From Eledone cirrhosa (taxonomy: Eukaryota): a DNA stretch of 64,000 bases. The position numbers and the translations under genes are program-made. This document shows, piece after piece, positions 27,680-39,340 of this stretch. The DNA lies in NCBI GenBank assembly GCA_964016885.1, contig OZ024746.1:48608001-48672000 (forward strand), in the 5' to 3' direction. The first letter of the stretch is position 1, and each line of letters opens with the position of its first letter. A model generated the notes under the pieces. That model was not told where the DNA came from. It made no database searches and was given only the letters and a program-made list of their open reading frames with translations.

Positions 27680-28220
27680 TCCTGCCAGATAATTGAACGT
27701 CTGTAAGTATATACTTTCCTTATGCATATTAACGGCTGAGCAGCCTAATTTTCATATCGAGTGAGTTAATCGGCCGGGCGCACCGAAAACGATAAATGGA
27801 AAAAATGAAATGAAATTTCATTTCTCACTCTTAGTACGGCTGTTACTTAAATATAAGTATGTATACAGACGTACAGTAGTATGTATATATATATACATAC
27901 ATGCACACATATATATATATGTACGTATGGATTCCCCGAACATTTATTATAATGCTCGGTGTGTTTGTAAACAAACATCCCGAATTAAGCCGTACAGTGT
28001 CTAGCAACCATCGTTGCTCATATATGTATGTACGGATACATACTCATATTTAAGTAACAGCCGTACTAAGAGTGAGAAATGAAATTTCGTTTCATTTTTT
28101 CCGTTTATCGTTTTCGGTGCGCCCGACCGATTAACTCACTCGATATGCAAATTAGGCTGCTCAGCCGTTAATATACATAAGGAAAGTATATACTTTCAGA
28201 CGTTCAATCATCTGGCAGGA

Positions 28221-28273
28221 AGGTATACGTTGCTGACGATAGCTAATAAGCTTGAAACTAGTACAGCGTTCCT
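28221..28273 (+). ncRNA. Type I minimal hammerhead ribozyme, intact core
   Basis: Stem I ACGTTG(28227-32)/CAGCGT(28264-69); CTGACGA 28233-39; stem II AGCT-AATA-AGCT; GAAAC 28254-58; palindromic ACTAGT stem III; GUA cleavage triplet 28261-63. Confidence 0.88.
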
Positions 28274-28387
28274 TTGTCAGTGTTGAACAAATGAGCAGCG
28301 ATGGTTGCTAGACACTGTACGGCTTAATTCGGGATGTTTGTTTACAAACACACCGAGCATTATAATAAATGTTCGGTGAATCCATAC

Positions 28388-28447
<60 letters not shown>

Positions 28448-29227
28448 GTGCATGTATGTATATATATATATACATACTACTGTACGTCTGTATACATATA
28501 TGTATGTACGGATACATACTTATATTTAAGTAACAGCCGTACAATGAGTGAGAAATGAAATTTCGTTTCATTTTTTCCGTTTATATATACATACATATAC
28601 AGATATTACATCTGCACAAATATACCAAATTAATATATTCTGAATAATGTCCACGTATTATTAGCTTTAGGTGGCTAATAGACAGAGTCGTTCGAGCGTC
28701 GGAGGGAATGCTCTGCGGTATTTGTTCCAGCTCTCTGCGCTCTGAGTTCAAATCACGTGGAGGTCATAATCTCCTATCATCCTTTCGAGGTCGGTAAAAA
28801 AACAAAACAAAAACTGCCAGTCCAGTCCCGGGTCAAAATCTTCCTCTGTATCTCTTTCTCAGTTCTTCTCTATATTTCTACTTCTCTGGAAGAAATCGAC
28901 TGTATTCAAACCTAGAGAGGGAGGGGCTGTGCTAAGGTAAAGAAATGCCCAAGAAATGGTGTATGTCACTACGGTACAACTAAGATTCCACGAGTTACCG
29001 GCCCATACATACAGTGCATAGTAGTATTCACGTATTGAAAAGGTCATCAGTGACAGAAAGATAGGTGTATAGAGAATAGCAACATAGAATTGATATGTGT
29101 CCGAACACGGAGGAGGCAAAACCCTACTGTCATCGCCTCCATCTCTCTCGCGCTCCCCATCTCTCTCTATTATGAGCAAATGGGGTCCCACGTGCTGGCC
29201 GCCCTTCATTATCTTTATATATTCAAA

Positions 29228-29418
29228 GGGCGGTGGATTGGCAGTATCGGTAGAGAGTCGGACACCATGCTTCGCAGCAAAGAGTTACGGCTCTTTATGG
29301 TCTGAGTTCAAATACCGTCGAGGTAAAACTTTGCCTTTCATCCTTACAGGGTAGATAAAATAAAATACCAGTAATACAGTGATAATTGCTGGCCTTGTGC
29401 CAAAAGTAGACACAATTA
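29228..29418 (+). mobile_element. tRNA-derived SINE
   Basis: Full consensus match. Confidence 0.9.
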
Positions 29419-30177
29419 TCTTTATATATTCTAATTTACGGTGTATTGAAAACTTATATTGTTGGTTAAGATCAAACACAGGCACATATAAAAGTGAATA
29501 TATGTTATAAATTATAAGTCATAATGTTACACCTGCGTAACCGAAACTTTGCATAGGGCCACAATTTACAAGGAAAAAAATGTTAAAATATGTGATATTT
29601 TCCGATACTCTATGTCTATGAACTCGATTTGGGGTGGGTGATAATGGTAATATATATATATATACTCACTCACTCGCACGCACGTACACACACACACATC
29701 CATACAGACATGCACGCACACGCACACACACATTTAAATGTTAAGTATTCAGAGAATCTTTTTTGAAGTACACTATTTTAGATTTTACCGATAGAAAATA
29801 GTTCAATGCATACGTAAACCTCTCTCTCCCCATATCATCCTCTCTCTCCCTCCATTTTCCTCTCTCTCTATGTCCCTCTCTCTCTCTCTCTGTCTTCCCC
29901 CTCTCTCTGTGCAATACTACCTATCAACAAGAGAAATAAGAAGAGAACACAGTACAAATAAAGACAAATAACGACATAGACATTAATTGAGGTAAATAGA
30001 TAGATTGATAGTTATATATATATATATAAATATATATTAGAAAGTGAGAAAAACCACAAACCCTCCATCTCAATTCTACTTTTCAAAAGCACAAGAACTG
30101 CGAAACCGGTAAAGAAACCAAATAAATATATTTAAAAAAAAAAAGACTCCAGTTGCATTTTCGATTTCATCTTTTTT

Positions 30178-30241
<64 letters not shown>

Positions 30242-30402
30242 CCTTATATATATAGATATATAGATATAGATATATATATAGATAGATAGATAGAAACGTT
30301 TCTGGATCTGAACCAACATGATGAATACATCACGCAACCGATACCTAAATAAAAAAAAAATATTTTAAATATTGTGCTACAGTAACATTATATAAGACCA
30401 CC

Positions 30403-30590
30403 AGGATGGTGGATTGGCAATATCGGTCGAGGGCCGGACGCCATGTTTTTCAACATAGAGTTACGGCATTTTACGATCTGAGTCCAAATTCCGCCGATGT
30501 TAACTTTACCTTTGACCCTTACATGTCCGATAACATAAAGCGCCAGTAATGCATTGGAATAATTGCTGGCCTTGTGCCAAAAGTAGAAAC
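30403..30590 (+). mobile_element. tRNA-derived SINE with TSD
   Basis: Consensus match; ATTATATAAGACCA on both flanks (30387 and 30591). Confidence 0.9.
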
Positions 30591-32170
30591 AATTATATAA
30601 GACCATAGTTCGATTGTTGCGGCTGCAATATATTTCCTCCAATAGAGGACCAAAACATCAACTTCACCTCTCTCAGAAGGCTTTTGGAAACTATGGTTAC
30701 AAGGATGATCCCCAGATCAAAGCAATAAAATACTTTATTATTTAGTGAGATACTTCTAGTTTATAAATGTCATCTTTTCATTTACATTTACATTTTCCAG
30801 TAAAATAAATGGCTTTGAATACCAAGTCGGCTATGATCAAACAGATATAGGACCAAATGCCTTTAAACCGTGATCATTCTCCCTATGATACTGTTCAATA
30901 TACTGTTCAATATGCCATTACCTTGTAGAGGCGATTGGGTGTGAATTGAACTTATTTGGTTCCTACTTCTAGCAGGTCAAATGAACACACAGAAGTTCGT
31001 TTATTTGGTCGTATGTCCTCAGTTTTTCTTAATGTTTATAGAAAGATACCCAACGTTGATTAAGAAATATATAAAGTTAGTCGTCAATTTCGTCAATGAG
31101 AATCTTAAGTAAGTTGACATAAATTGCTTATATTATGTTTTATAGTGCAGATGTAACAGAAGAAATTTATAACAGAAATGTTACTTGCATTTCAATAAGC
31201 TTTTATAAAGGAATATAAAATACTAGCATTTTTACAGATATAAAACATAATCGTATGTAACACACAATAAATTGAGTTCAGATGCATCACTGATTTTTCG
31301 TTTTATATTATAATAGTGGGGGCTTCTCTGTTCGCGGGGGCTTCTCTGTTCGTGGGGCTTCTCTGTTCGGAATTTTTGCGGCGCGTTTTTACAACCGTCG
31401 TAAAAAATTCTTCTGGATTATCTCCCTTTTCCTTCTCCTCCTCACTTTTGGTTGTTCGTGTCTCTCACTCTCTCTTGTCTATGAGATAGGCAACACGTAC
31501 ATACCGGCTCCGGGTCGTAGCTGACGACCAGGCTTAAGTCTCACAGCTTGGCCACTACTTACTTTCCCTATTTTTCCACGGTTACTCATTTGCATGCTTC
31601 TTTCTCCCGTGTCTTCCCACGATGGGACCTGTTCACCTTTTATCCCTCCCCTTTTCCCTATTTTCTCTCTCCTTTTCCTCCTGGCCTTTTGATTAATAAA
31701 AGGCCTTGGGCGCTCCCGATCTCTACCAATGTCTGCGCCGAAACATCGGATCAGGATATTTACAGCTGGCGAAGGAATCTCCTTTCTTCCTTTCTCCTCT
31801 TGTTCCGTCCTAACCACCATCCTAAACCTTGTTTTTAGTAACCACACAGCTCCTTTCGTTTCGTATCATTATATATATATAGTAATAATTATAAATGCGA
31901 AGACTAAAATCCAAAGAGGGCTCGATAAAGATAAATATATATCAAATATATAGGAACCCTAGAGCAAATATTTATTAAAATAACACCTTAAAGTTTAAGC
32001 AAAGAATCGCTGATTTCACCCTTAACAGGATGGACTAAAATAACCGTCTTATTTGTTTATTATTATAATAAAATTCCGGATAAACATAAAAAGTTGAGTG
32101 CTTGACATCTGTTATAAAAATCGGTTGATTTTAAATCAACAAACATTCTCTAATCGAATATATATATATA

Positions 32171-32273
<103 letters not shown>

Positions 32274-33838
32274 TTTCATAACAATCTGTATTTTCTAAAT
32301 GAATGTTATCTGCAGCGGCAAGGTGCCACATTTGATTATGGAGTCGTTAGAGAAGGAACCTTTACCACCTGTTATGCAGATATAGATGTAGACAATTAAT
32401 CCTGTCTATTTACTGAGAAAGCGATATATGTTACATGATCGATTTCAAACGATATTTCCACATTCTTTGTCTTGATGAAATCATTCCATGTTTGATCTGC
32501 ATCAATAGAGATGAAAGCTGTGTCCTGTGGTTGGTATATAAGTCCATTATTAACATTTCCCTTCGAATAGAGCATTATCGATTCACAAATTTCACGGATC
32601 GCCAAGGCGTTGCATTGTTCTGCATCTTTTCAAATAAATTTCTTCTTGATTTATAATGCATTTCATATATAATATATTATGATAAACTTTAAAAAGGAAA
32701 CGACAGGTTCAAAATAAATCTTGTTACAACGATGCTCATATGAGCTACGCATCATACAAATATTAAAATACGTTTGATCTCATATTGATACAACTAAAAC
32801 AATTATAAAATCCAGGCAAATATGATTTGCTCAGCAATAAAGAATTGTTAAAGATAGAGGTGTGTTCTGCTAGAGTGAGGAATATTAAGGAAACTCTATC
32901 TTTTCGTCTTGGCAAAATCTGTTCATGCGTACGAAAGTAGCTTTCTTTTGCGTTTATAATCTTTCTAAACTAACATATTTATCTGGTGCAAAGCTTGTCA
33001 GCTAATATGTATTATAAACGCTGCAATGGGAATATATACTTCACTCTCCAGTGAGAACTAATAGGGAGCTAGGGGCCTCTTAATAAAGCGGTATGTTTAT
33101 GAAGTTCTAGTTAAAATTCTCAATATTCGGAAATATAAAACCTCAATATCTCTTCTTAGACGTTCTTCTATAGATGGGAGTTTTTCTTCTTTCTTTTCAA
33201 CAGTTCTTAATCTTTGATGTTGACATTTAGAAATTGATCAATTGCCCACTCGGAATGATCCAAAGAATTTTAGGATCCTTGTGGTGGTGGTGTGATGGCG
33301 ATGGTGGTGATGCTGCTGAATGGCGGTAGTGTTGGTAGTATTAATGGTGGAATTTATTACATATTGTGGCACATAAGTAGTTTTGAAACCATGATTTCTA
33401 AAAATATTGTGTTGCCGCGCTCTACATCAGTAAGAGGCACATATTCATGTGATGTATTTACAGGAAGATGAAAGAATCCAATGAGAGGTTTGCTATGGAT
33501 ACACTAAAGCTTGGGTACTAGGTTACAAACCATTTTAGTCTGTCACATTAGTGAATTGAACATTATATCATAGAATAGCTTTCATTAGAAAAATATATCA
33601 AACAGACACGAAAACCTTGTTTAGAAGAAGGGCGCCTTATAATTATTCTTAATTTACGCAGAATGCCAGTAATTTTAAGGGTGTGAAAAGTCGATTATTC
33701 CGACCTCAGAACTTAACTAGTTCTTTATTTTATCAACCACAAAAATAGGAAACGCCATGTTGACTCTGGCCGGATTTGAGCTTATAGCTCAAAAGTAATG
33801 GAGCGAATACTATTCTATCTGACATTCTAGCGATTCTG

Positions 33839-33886
<48 letters not shown>

Positions 33887-33982
33887 AATGCGTGTGTATA
33901 TAATAATAATTATTATAAGATATATACGGCCTACAGTCAAGCTTAAAACATTTTTTTATTGTCATCTCACTCCCCCCTCCTC

Positions 33983-34059
<77 letters not shown>

Positions 34060-34074
34060 ATGTAATAAACAACA

Positions 34075-34258
34075 GGGCGGTGGATTGGCAGTATCGGTAG
34101 AGGGTCGGACGCCATGCTTTCCAGCATAGTTACGTCCCTTTACCATCTGAGTTCAAATCCCGCCGAGGTTGACTTTGCCTTTCATCCTTACGGGGTCGAT
34201 AAAATAAAGTACCAGTAATGCACTGGTAATTGCTGGCCTTGTGCCTAAAGTAGAAACA
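34075..34258 (+). mobile_element. Young tRNA-derived SINE with ~18-bp TSD
   Basis: Consensus match; ATTATGTAATAAACAACA on both sides. Confidence 0.93.
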
Positions 34259-34542
34259 ATTATGTAATAAACAACATAAGGCAATTATTCCATTTACCAG
34301 TGGTTTCTTAAAAGCAAAAGGTTTTGCTTTCAATACTCAGAATGAAAAAATCCTGGTCTGTTTATTGAATTTGGATTTTAAAAACCTAATTTTTAAAATC
34401 CATTTTAAAAACCTAATTTTTAAAATCCAAATTCAATAAACAGACCAGGATTTTTTCATTCTGAGGTTTGAAAGCAAAACCTTTTGCTTTTAAGAAACCA
34501 CTGGTAAATGGAATAATTGCCTTATGTTGTTTATTACATAAT
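34259..34542. mobile_element. Foldback/MITE: ~125-bp near-perfect inverted repeat arms
   Basis: 34259-34384 is the reverse complement of ~34417-34542 apart from a small mismatch patch; the centre holds a 27-bp tandem duplication. Confidence 0.85.
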
Positions 34543-34612
34543 AATAATTAAGCTCTGTTACCTACATAGAGCACTCTTTTTTCATGGACTTTTCCGACGG
34601 AATTACTTCATT

Positions 34613-34672
<60 letters not shown>

Positions 34673-34694
34673 GTATAAAAATCAATACAATATA

Positions 34695-34772
34695 ATTACC
34701 TCATTACCAGAGGTTTCGCGAATGAGGCGAATACGAAAGAAACGTCTTCATTCGTTCGTCAGACGAGGCAAT
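34695..34772 (-). ncRNA. Type I hammerhead ribozyme at 3' end of Naiad-like PLE A
   Basis: Revcomp ATTGCCTCGT CTGACGA A CGAATGAAG...CTCATTCG C GAAAC C TCT G GTA ATGAGGTAAT; 10-bp stem I, long stem II, GUA triplet. Confidence 0.88.
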
Positions 34773-35521
34773 ATAAAACATGGCTAAATACTTGGAAAGT
34801 CTCATCAAGAAAAGCAAAAATTTTTTTATATAAATATAGACAAATGAAAACAATAGCCATATGAAATATATAAAAATCTTTCAAGAAATATAGTTAGGTG
34901 TGTGTATATGTATGTATATACGATCACAGATGTACATATGTGTGTATGTACAAATGTGTACGTATAGTGAAAAAGTGTGCGTAAATATATGTGTTAGGGC
35001 AAGTGTATTTGTGTATCTGTAACTACAGGCAGACATGATGTGGTTTTCTGTTTGGCAGGTACACAGAAAAATAGGGTATTAGATACATTATAAGAATATG
35101 AAGGCACGCGTATAAACACACCCACACGCACGTACACTTATATGCGGACGTAAAAGAGGTAAGGGAGTGTAATAATTAAAAGAAAGTATCATTCTCGATA
35201 TATTTATAAAAATGGAACAATAATTTAGAAAGAAAAATTAAAGAAAAGAAGACAAACAAGGTACACGCGTACACACACACGTATATCTACAACAAACGTA
35301 TATCTATAAGAAATATATATATATACACGCAAAAAACGTGCAGACAAAAGCGTATGCAAGCACATCTACACACACAGGATGCACATATATACGCATATAC
35401 GCCTCGCCCCATGTATATCTAATCACGCGCACGCACGCGACTGTATACACACTCGCACACACACACACACAAATATACATGCTTATATACATACGCACAC
35501 TTACACATCCATACATTCGGT

Positions 35522-35567
<46 letters not shown>

Positions 35568-36136
35568 TCACGCATATTGACCTGTTTACTTGCACACGCA
35601 TAAAAATGTGGATGTAAAAAAAGAAGAAAAAAAGAAGAAAAGAAGAAGAAAAAACAAAACAAAAAACATAGATGTAAAAACACGGATATAAAGACACATA
35701 TACATACACACACATATATATATATATACACGCACGCGCGCGCACATACGGAGGCGTTCGTGTACATATATAGAAAGTATGCACACATTAAGGCGCTCAG
35801 ACACATAGATACAGGGTGTAAAAAGCCTTGTGGATAAGTAAGTACAAATATAAAATTATAAGATTGGCTGCGAAATAATAAAAAATATCTGGAGTGGAAA
35901 ACGCAAGTGACCCTGTAATCAGTTAGTAAAGAAAATAGGGAAGTAAATAGTGGAAAGTGAAGATATTAGGTAAGTGAATCGGAGAATAAAGGAGGGGGGG
36001 GGGTTATTGGTAGATGTGAAGTAAAAAAAAAAAAAAAAATATATAAAAATAAAAATAAAAATAAAAATGAAATTAATAATAAGGATAAAAATGAAAGTAA
36101 ATCAGAAAGGGTAGTCATAAAGAGAATAATAAGAGT

Positions 36137-37110
36137 TTATGGAGGATAAGTATCTGAAAGTGTGTTAAGTTTATATGAGCTGGAAAGCAGGTGTGATTTC
36201 ATGTGTGGGCAACTGGTGAACATTTCTGTCTTTGTGTTCAGGCAGGTCTTTAGTGATTTAAGATTTTGCAAGATCCAATATTTTTCATTTATGCAGAGCG
36301 TGCATTTTCTTGTTCCTCTTGCATATTCTTTAGATTGGTTCAAAATTGACCAATCCAATTTATATTGGATACCTTGGTCTTTCAAATCCCATATTCTGCT
36401 AGCCAGAGCTGTTGTAAATCTTTTTTCTGGATGTCGAAAGGATGCGACATGTGAGTAATAACGCGTTTTGAATTTGTCTTGCGTCATACCCATATATTGT
36501 TCACTGGTGGCTGGATGGTTGTTGCTGATGGTTGTCACTTTAGCCGCATATACAATGGCTTTGGTGTTGCATTTACCTTGTAATGGGCATTCACTTTTGA
36601 TTCTACAGGAGCAATTTTGATGTTCTCTAGGTGATTTTTTGTTGATGATATAGGACCTAATAGGGGGACCGCAGGAATAGATAATTTTGACACAGTTTCT
36701 ATTAAAGATCTTATAGTATCTATGTGTTCTAGGGAAATGTTTATCTAGGAGCTCTAGGAATTTTTTGCCTACATTAGTTTTAACTGCTAGAGAGTAGGGT
36801 GTGTGAACCAGATTATTTTTCTTTTCCTGTTTTTATGTTTAATAGAGTTAGTATAGTTGGGTATGTATTTAATCGGTTCGCTAAAACCGCTATTTTGGGG
36901 GGCTTTATTATAGTAGGGGGATGCCTTATTAAAAATAGCTTCTGAGGAAGAGAGGGTGGAGATCCTACGGCTAATATTAGGGATAAGGTTTTTAAAAACT
37001 ATAGGAGGATGGCAAGAGCCTTTATTTATATATTTAAAGTTTTCGTTAGGTTCATGGTATGGTTTATAAGAAGCAGTAGGCAAATCTAGGTTTATATCTA
37101 GGAAATCTAC
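36137..37110 (-). pseudogene. PLE RT C-terminus and GIY-YIG endonuclease, frameshifted
   Basis: Motifs as for element A; FLDINLDL at the truncated 5' end. Confidence 0.88.
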
Positions 37111-37151
37111 ATTGGAAAGGTTAGTATATATATATATATGAGCAGTGTCTC

Positions 37152-37364
<213 letters not shown>

Positions 37365-38071
37365 ATATATATATATATATATATATATAGACACTTTGAA
37401 TATAACGAAATAGTCACCAATATAAATACAATAAAGGAATAAACATAAACATCTCGTAAACAAAGTATCGAGTATAATAAAAATATAAAGGGAGATAATA
37501 AAAGTGCAAAGCACAAGAGTTAAAAACAAACAATACATACTAATGTAAATCAGAAAAACACAACGTTTTTCTGTAAAATTTATATCGTTTCAGAACAAGA
37601 ACATCAAAGTCTAAACAATATAACGACGTCTATTAACTTTAACAGTAGGACAATGTCTAAGACAGAAGAATTTATGTACCAGACTAAAGCATTGCACTCT
37701 ATTGTTTTAGAACCATGCTTAAAATTATCGTTGCGTCTTTTTGTTTTTTTTTGTAACTAGTTCTTATTTGATACAAGCCCCTCTTTACCGTGCAAATACT
37801 GCAAAAACAACAAACTAACAAACAAAGTAACAAGCAACAAAGCAAAACAGTTATTATTTTGTTTCTTTGTTTTTTACTTAAAAGAACCAAGATATAGGGG
37901 AAAACAAAACATGCCATATAAAGTGGTTCAAAAATAAGTCAGAATACGTGAGTATGAACGAGTATAAACATACACACACTCAAATACACACAAACACAAA
38001 CACATATATATATGCATATATACATACACACACACATATATCTATGTATGTTTATAAATGTATATAGATAT

Positions 38072-38140
38072 ATAGGAAAAGAGTCGGGACTCCGACGGCT
38101 GAGCTCCGGCTGTTTCGACAGATAGATCTGAACTAACGCA
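38072..38140 (-). repeat. Hammerhead-like short repeat, copy 3
   Basis: Revcomp CAGATCTA TCTGTC GAAAC AGCCGGAGCTCAGCC GTC GGAGTCCCGACTCTTTTCCTATA. Confidence 0.55.
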
Positions 38141-38163
38141 GTATATATATATATATATATATA

Positions 38164-38202
<39 letters not shown>

Positions 38203-38205
<3 letters not shown>

Positions 38206-38690
38206 TGATTCATGCCGTACGGTGTTAAGGCAACCACGTCACCTTTTTTTAAAATCGTTTTCGGTGCGCCTGGCCGACTGAACTCATCGATATGCAAATT
38301 AGGTTGCTCAGCCGTTAATTTTCATAAGGAAAGTAGATACTTTCGAACGTTGAACCATCTGGCAGAAGGGTATACGGTGCTAACGATAGCTAACAAGCTT
38401 GAAACTAGTACATCGTTCCTGTGTCAGTGTTGAACAAAAAGGTGACGTGGTTGCCTTAACACCGTACGGCATAAATCAGGCTGTTCGTTTGTTTACAAAC
38501 GAACAAAGCGAACATTATAATAAATGTTCGCTAGACTGATACGTACATATATATATGTGTGCCTGTATGTATATATATATATATACATGCTACTGTACGT
38601 CTGTATACATATATGTATGTACGTATACATACATACTTACATTTAAGTAAGTGCCGTACTAAGAGTGAGAAATGAAATTTCATTTCATTC
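38203..38690 (+). mobile_element. Diverged copy of the HHR-bearing repeat with a 46-bp 5' inversion
   Basis: Colinear with 28105-28570; 38203-38248 is the reverse complement of 38436-38481. Confidence 0.85.
38374..38416 (+). ncRNA. Hammerhead motif with G5A core mutation (likely inactive)
   Basis: ACGGTG CTAACGA T AGCT AACA AGCT T GAAAC TA GTA CATCGT. Confidence 0.75.
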
Positions 38691-38695
38691 TATTC

Positions 38696-38750
<55 letters not shown>

Positions 38751-39176
38751 TGTATGCGTGTGTGTGTGTGTGTGTGTGTGTGTATGCGTGTGCACATATA
38801 TATATATGTGTGCATATATATATATGCAGTGGCGAACTGGTCACGTTGTCAGGTTGCTCAGTGGCAAGTGGGCCCCAGGGGACCCACGGTAGCATTGCAA
38901 AGGCGCACAGTAGCATTGCAGGGCCCATTGTAGTATTTTAGAGGCTAATGCTTTGATTTCAAAAACACCTGAATTCTAAGAGAAAGAATAACAAATTTTT
39001 TTTAAATAAAGAAAACAATTAAGCAAAGCATTTGGCCAACCATTCCCCAGGGAATTACTAGAAACCAAAATATACGATAGTGCAAATAGCTGGAATCAGT
39101 GATTGTACATTGGACTAAATCTAAAGCTTAGTGTATTCATTCATGCAAACTTAGATATACAGACACAGACACACAA

Positions 39177-39230
<54 letters not shown>

Positions 39231-39266
39231 GATATTAAATAAATGGAAACTATATTTATAAAACCA

Positions 39267-39340
39267 TATTTATTTCATTATACATATTTCAGGGATACCA
39301 AATTAAAATATGGTATGCCTTCATCAGACAAAATACAATA
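39267..39340 (-). ncRNA. Type I hammerhead ribozyme at 3' end of Naiad-like PLE B
   Basis: Revcomp TATTTTGT CTGATGA AGGCATACCA...TGGTATCCCT GAAAT ATGT ATA ATGAAATA; 8-bp stem I, 9/10-bp stem II, AUA triplet. Confidence 0.85.

Larger units (their letters stand above)
27420..28583. mobile_element. Non-coding HHR-bearing repeat (retrozyme/non-autonomous PLE-like): ~1.4 units on - strand joined divergently to ~1.2 units on + strand
   Basis: Unit period 430 bp (27421/27851) to 476 bp (28101/28577); inversion point ~28020; embedded in TA/TG microsatellite. Confidence 0.85.
34671..37123 (-). mobile_element. 5'-truncated Penelope-like element A (Naiad-like): RT thumb, GIY-YIG, long 3' region ending in an HHR
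   Basis: ORFs 36787-37083 and 36137-36538: YINKGSCHPP, RRISTLSSSE, IIWF; linker CSCRIKSECPLQGKC; IVY...YMG; CTLCINEK; CPH. Flanked by (TA)n. Confidence 0.88.

Noticed and set aside
31318-31369. CRISPR-like short direct repeats
   Set aside because: Adjacent tandem copies without spacers, eukaryotic context, no cas genes.
34075-34165. tRNA gene suggested by box A/box B
   Set aside because: These are SINE heads: no cloverleaf, and they continue into SINE body and tail.
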